Assembly: GCA_903917705.1 (NCBI GenBank)
Contig: CAIXBQ010000103.1
Location: 36,889 to 100,888 of the forward strand
DNA length: 64,000 nucleotides
Reading direction: 5' to 3'
From: an uncultured Verrucomicrobia subdivision 3 bacterium
GTDB lineage: Bacteria > Verrucomicrobiota > Verrucomicrobiia > Limisphaerales > UBA11358
Part shown: in pieces, positions 61,211 through 64,000 of the stretch
Layout of the letters: each line of letters begins with the position of its first letter
Position numbering within the stretch: position 1 is the stretch's first letter
Notes under the pieces: model-generated
Told to the model about the DNA's origin: nothing
The model's database searches: none
The model's input: the letters and a program-made list of their open reading frames with translations, nothing else
Made by a program: the position numbers and the translations under genes

Positions 61211-61267
61211 GCGCCCATGCTGGCGAAATCCTGCCGGCAATGAAAGCCGGAACTTGTCGTCACCCGC

Positions 61268-62263
61268 GTGGTTCGCCTAAGCTGGCGGGGCGTGAACTCC
61301 CGAATCATCACCGCCATCCCCGTCTTCAACGGGGAGGCGTTCATTGCGCAGACGCTGGCATCCGTTGCCCGCCAGACGCTGCGCCCGGACCGAGTCGTGG
61401 TGCTGGACAACGGCTCGACGGACCGCACGGCGGAAATCGTCAGCCATTTCCCGGACTTAAAGTGCGAGTTTATCCGCAACCCAAAAAACCTCGGCCTGTT
61501 CGGGAATCTGAACCGCTGTCTGGAGTTTGCGCCGGAGACGGAATTTTTGCATCTGCTCCATGCCGACGACCTGATCCAACCGGAATATTATGAAGTGATG
61601 ACGGGCCTTTTTGCCGGCGGCGCGGGACGCGGGCTGGCGTGGTGCCTCGATGAGCGGATTGACGAGCAGAACCGGCGTTTGAGCGTTTCCGGCCGGGCGG
61701 ACGGGAATATCGAGACGGTTGGCCGCGATGCTTTTTTGCGGCGCAAGGCCGAACTGGGCAACCAGGCCTTTTGCGCGACGCTGCTGCGGACGGATGGACA
61801 GCCGTCGCCGGTCACCTTTCGCGAAGACTTTCCCATCATGGGCGACACGCTGTTCTGGGCGGCCTTCGGCGCCGGCTGCGAAAAAATCATCCATGTCCAC
61901 CGCGCGCTGGCCCAATACCGCTGGCACGGCAGCAATGAAACCTCGCTGCACGCGCCGGTCATTCAATCCCTGGTGCTCGACGAATGGCGGACCATGGAAA
62001 CAAATGAACGGCTGCGCGGCCGGGGCTGGAGCGGACCGCGAAAATTAAAATTAACGGGTTTGTTTGCCGTGCGTTCCGCCATCAAAGCCAAACGAGTCCG
62101 TCAGAACGGGGATGCGGCCGGGGCGGGGGAAATCACCCGGGCGGCGCGCGGCATCACCGGCTGGCCACCCTGGCTGGCGGGGAAAATCCTGGTCGAATTG
62201 CGCGACTTTTATTTGTTTGCCATCCTCCGGCGCGCCCGGCATCCGAAAAACATTTATGGCTGA
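61268..62263 (+). CDS. Glycosyltransferase family 2
   Basis: ITAIPVFNGEAFIAQTLASVARQT, VVLDNGSTDRT and LLHADD. GTG start at 61268 or 61292. Confidence 0.75.
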   Translation: MVRLSWRGVNSRIITAIPVFNGEAFIAQTLASVARQTLRPDRVVVLDNGSTDRTAEIVSHFPDLKCEFIRNPKNLGLFGNLNRCLEFAPETEFLHLLHADDLIQPEYYEVMTGLFAGGAGRGLAWCLDERIDEQNRRLSVSGRADGNIETVGRDAFLRRKAELGNQAFCATLLRTDGQPSPVTFREDFPIMGDTLFWAAFGAGCEKIIHVHRALAQYRWHGSNETSLHAPVIQSLVLDEWRTMETNERLRGRGWSGPRKLKLTGLFAVRSAIKAKRVRQNGDAAGAGEITRAARGITGWPPWLAGKILVELRDFYLFAILRRARHPKNIYG

Positions 62264-64000
62264 GCGGGCCGGTTTTTGCGCGTGGCGGCAAAAAGCAGGC
62301 CGGCGAGCAGGAGGCCCGCGCCCAGCGAGGCCAGCGTGATGTAGAACGGGCGGTTCGGCAGGCTGAAATTAAATTCCACCTTATGCCGGCCCGCCGGCAC
62401 CGCCACCCCGCGCATGAGGAAATTGCAGCGCAGCAGTGCCGCCGGCTGGCCGTCCACGGTGACGCGCCAGTTTGGATCATAGTGATCGTTGAGCAGCAAT
62501 ACGGATGGTGCGGCGGCGTTGGCGGCCAGCACGATGTGTTTGGGCGAGTAACTGGTAAATTCCACCGTGCCGGCATTCTGGTTGGTGGCGGCGGAGGCCG
62601 ACGCGAGCGGGGCCGACAGCAGAACGGTTTGTTCGGGATCGAAATCCGGGGCCGCCAGTTTTTTCAGCGTTAAAAAACCATTCGTGCCCACGCCGGCGAG
62701 GGTGTTCTGATCGAAATCGCCCAGCCCATTGGTCGAAAAATCCTTCAGCTCGCCGGCGCTGACCGTTTCCCAGCGGGAATACAGCTTGGCGCGGGGCAGG
62801 GCGCCGGTGAATTCAAAGAGCGCGAGGTCGCCATCGGGGCTTGCCACGGCGGTGAGGTCTTCCAGTTGCGCCACCTGGGTGACCCCCGGCTTGGGGGTGA
62901 TGTCGAAGCGTTGCTTGATGTGGAAACGGCGCTGGACGGGGTCGAGCTGGAGGTTGAGGGCGTCGAGGTATCCGGCGGCGGCGAGGATATAGCGGGTGTT
63001 GGTGAGCTGCCATTCGCGCGCGGGCCGCGGCGCAAACGTGCCCAAAAAGGCCTTGATGTCGGCCGCGGCGCGGGGCATCTGGATCACATCGAGGCACTGG
63101 ATGTTATAGTAAAGGAAATGGTGCTGGGTCCATTCGATGCGGTAAATGCCGCTGCCGCCGAAATAATTGTCATACCCGCGCAGGGACTGCGGATTTTCCG
63201 GAAGGCCGACCACGCGGTGTTCGTAGGACTTGTCGCGCAAAATTTCCAGGATGGGGTTCAATTCGCCGACCTCGTATTTGTGCTTGTAGTCCCAGTGAAT
63301 GACGAACGGCAGATTGGCCCGGCCCAGGTCAAAGATCAAAAAGGCGCCAAGCAGGACGGCTCCGGCCTTGGCGCGCGGGCCGGAGAAAAACCCTTTCGCC
63401 GTGAGCGCGATCAATCCGCTCGCACCCGCCAGCAGGAAAACCAACCAGCCCGCCTGGCCGATGCTGAAACCGGCGATGTCCCGGGAGAAGTTTTCGTCGC
63501 CGAAGCCGACCTTCTGGAGATATTGAATCAGCTGCGGCTTTTGCGCGGAGTAAACCAGCCAGCCCAGGGCGGCGGCGGCGGCAACTCCGGCGAGGCCAAA
63601 AACCAGCCGGCGGTCGAACCCGTCCCATTGAATCGGGCGGCCTTTCACCGGCGACGCCACCAGATAGCGGCGGTTCAACGCGTCAATACCATAGGCAAAC
63701 AGCACGGCCAGCGCCCATTGGGTGAAGATCAGGAACTTGGCCGGGTTGCGGATGTCAGAAAAATGCGGGATTTTGTAAAGCAGGGCGTAGAAGAGCGGGC
63801 CGTCCGGCGTCCCGGAACCCGGCGCGAACCGGCCCCACGCCAGCGGCAGGGCCAAGGCGAAAGCGGCCAGCCAGAAGTAGATGAGTTTTTTCTGCGCGCC
63901 GCTGAAAATGTCGTCCTGTCGGCGGAATACCTGGGCGACCGACCAGAGCGCCACCAGCACCACGAGGATGCCACAATAGAATCCGGCGTAACCAAACCGC
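62254..64000 (-). CDS. YfhO-like polytopic membrane protein, 5' end beyond the window
   Basis: The frame stays open upstream of the GTG at 63963 to the window edge. Many TM helices, and the C-terminal YDPNWRVTVDGQPAALLRCNFLMRGVAVPAGRHKVEFNF is typical of the YfhO family. Confidence 0.6.
   Translation of the reverse strand, partial: RFGYAGFYCGILVVLVALWSVAQVFRRQDDIFSGAQKKLIYFWLAAFALALPLAWGRFAPGSGTPDGPLFYALLYKIPHFSDIRNPAKFLIFTQWALAVLFAYGIDALNRRYLVASPVKGRPIQWDGFDRRLVFGLAGVAAAAALGWLVYSAQKPQLIQYLQKVGFGDENFSRDIAGFSIGQAGWLVFLLAGASGLIALTAKGFFSGPRAKAGAVLLGAFLIFDLGRANLPFVIHWDYKHKYEVGELNPILEILRDKSYEHRVVGLPENPQSLRGYDNYFGGSGIYRIEWTQHHFLYYNIQCLDVIQMPRAAADIKAFLGTFAPRPAREWQLTNTRYILAAAGYLDALNLQLDPVQRRFHIKQRFDITPKPGVTQVAQLEDLTAVASPDGDLALFEFTGALPRAKLYSRWETVSAGELKDFSTNGLGDFDQNTLAGVGTNGFLTLKKLAAPDFDPEQTVLLSAPLASASAATNQNAGTVEFTSYSPKHIVLAANAAAPSVLLLNDHYDPNWRVTVDGQPAALLRCNFLMRGVAVPAGRHKVEFNFSLPNRPFYITLASLGAGLLLAGLLFAATRKNRPAQP

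Overview
This is a 64-kb high-GC chromosomal segment. Sampled 60-nt lines range from 45/60 GC at 43021-43080 (feoB) to 27/60 at 41401-41460. The lineage looks Verrucomicrobiota/PVC-like, based on an H-X9-DG prepilin-type protein, an FG-GAP/Ig giant protein and a GxxExxY cassette; this is inference only. Housekeeping anchors are carA, pyrC, tRNA-Gly(UCC), feoAB, mqnD, rpsB-tsf, tonB-exbBD and NIF3.

Most of 13-42 kb and 55.8-64 kb encodes cell-envelope glycan machinery:
- a complete GDP-heptose route (gmhA, hddA, gmhB, hddC) with a transaldolase, plus a separate hldC and GT9 heptosyltransferase;
- an MBOAT/AlgX-like O-acetylation pair, a Wzx-like flippase and several GT2/GT4 genes;
- an RmlD/RmlC-like/C-methyltransferase trio;
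- a CDP-3,6-dideoxyhexose set (ddhA/B/C plus epimerase and reductase);
- a truncated YfhO-like protein at the right edge.

The most unusual items are:
1. a sopC-like array of about 11 x 41-bp units, each with its own palindrome (45-491), with a solitary unit at 45079-45119;
2. a 1468-aa GH13 + amylo-1,6-glucosidase fusion, tightly coupled to hldC and the GT9 gene;
3. a 1-kb non-coding spacer with exactly 10-bp-phased T-tract repeats (19256-20271);
4. a network of short stuttered words and shared modules that fills many intergenic spacers;
5. a 1432-aa secreted protein with FG-GAP propeller, Ig, cohesin and dockerin-like modules;
6. a four-gene operon of three c-type cytochromes plus a porin;
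7. a hairpin-flanked GxxExxY cassette inserted between ddhB and ddhC.

Everything was read by eye from the sequence and the ORF track. No database search or computation was run, and domain boundaries are approximate.
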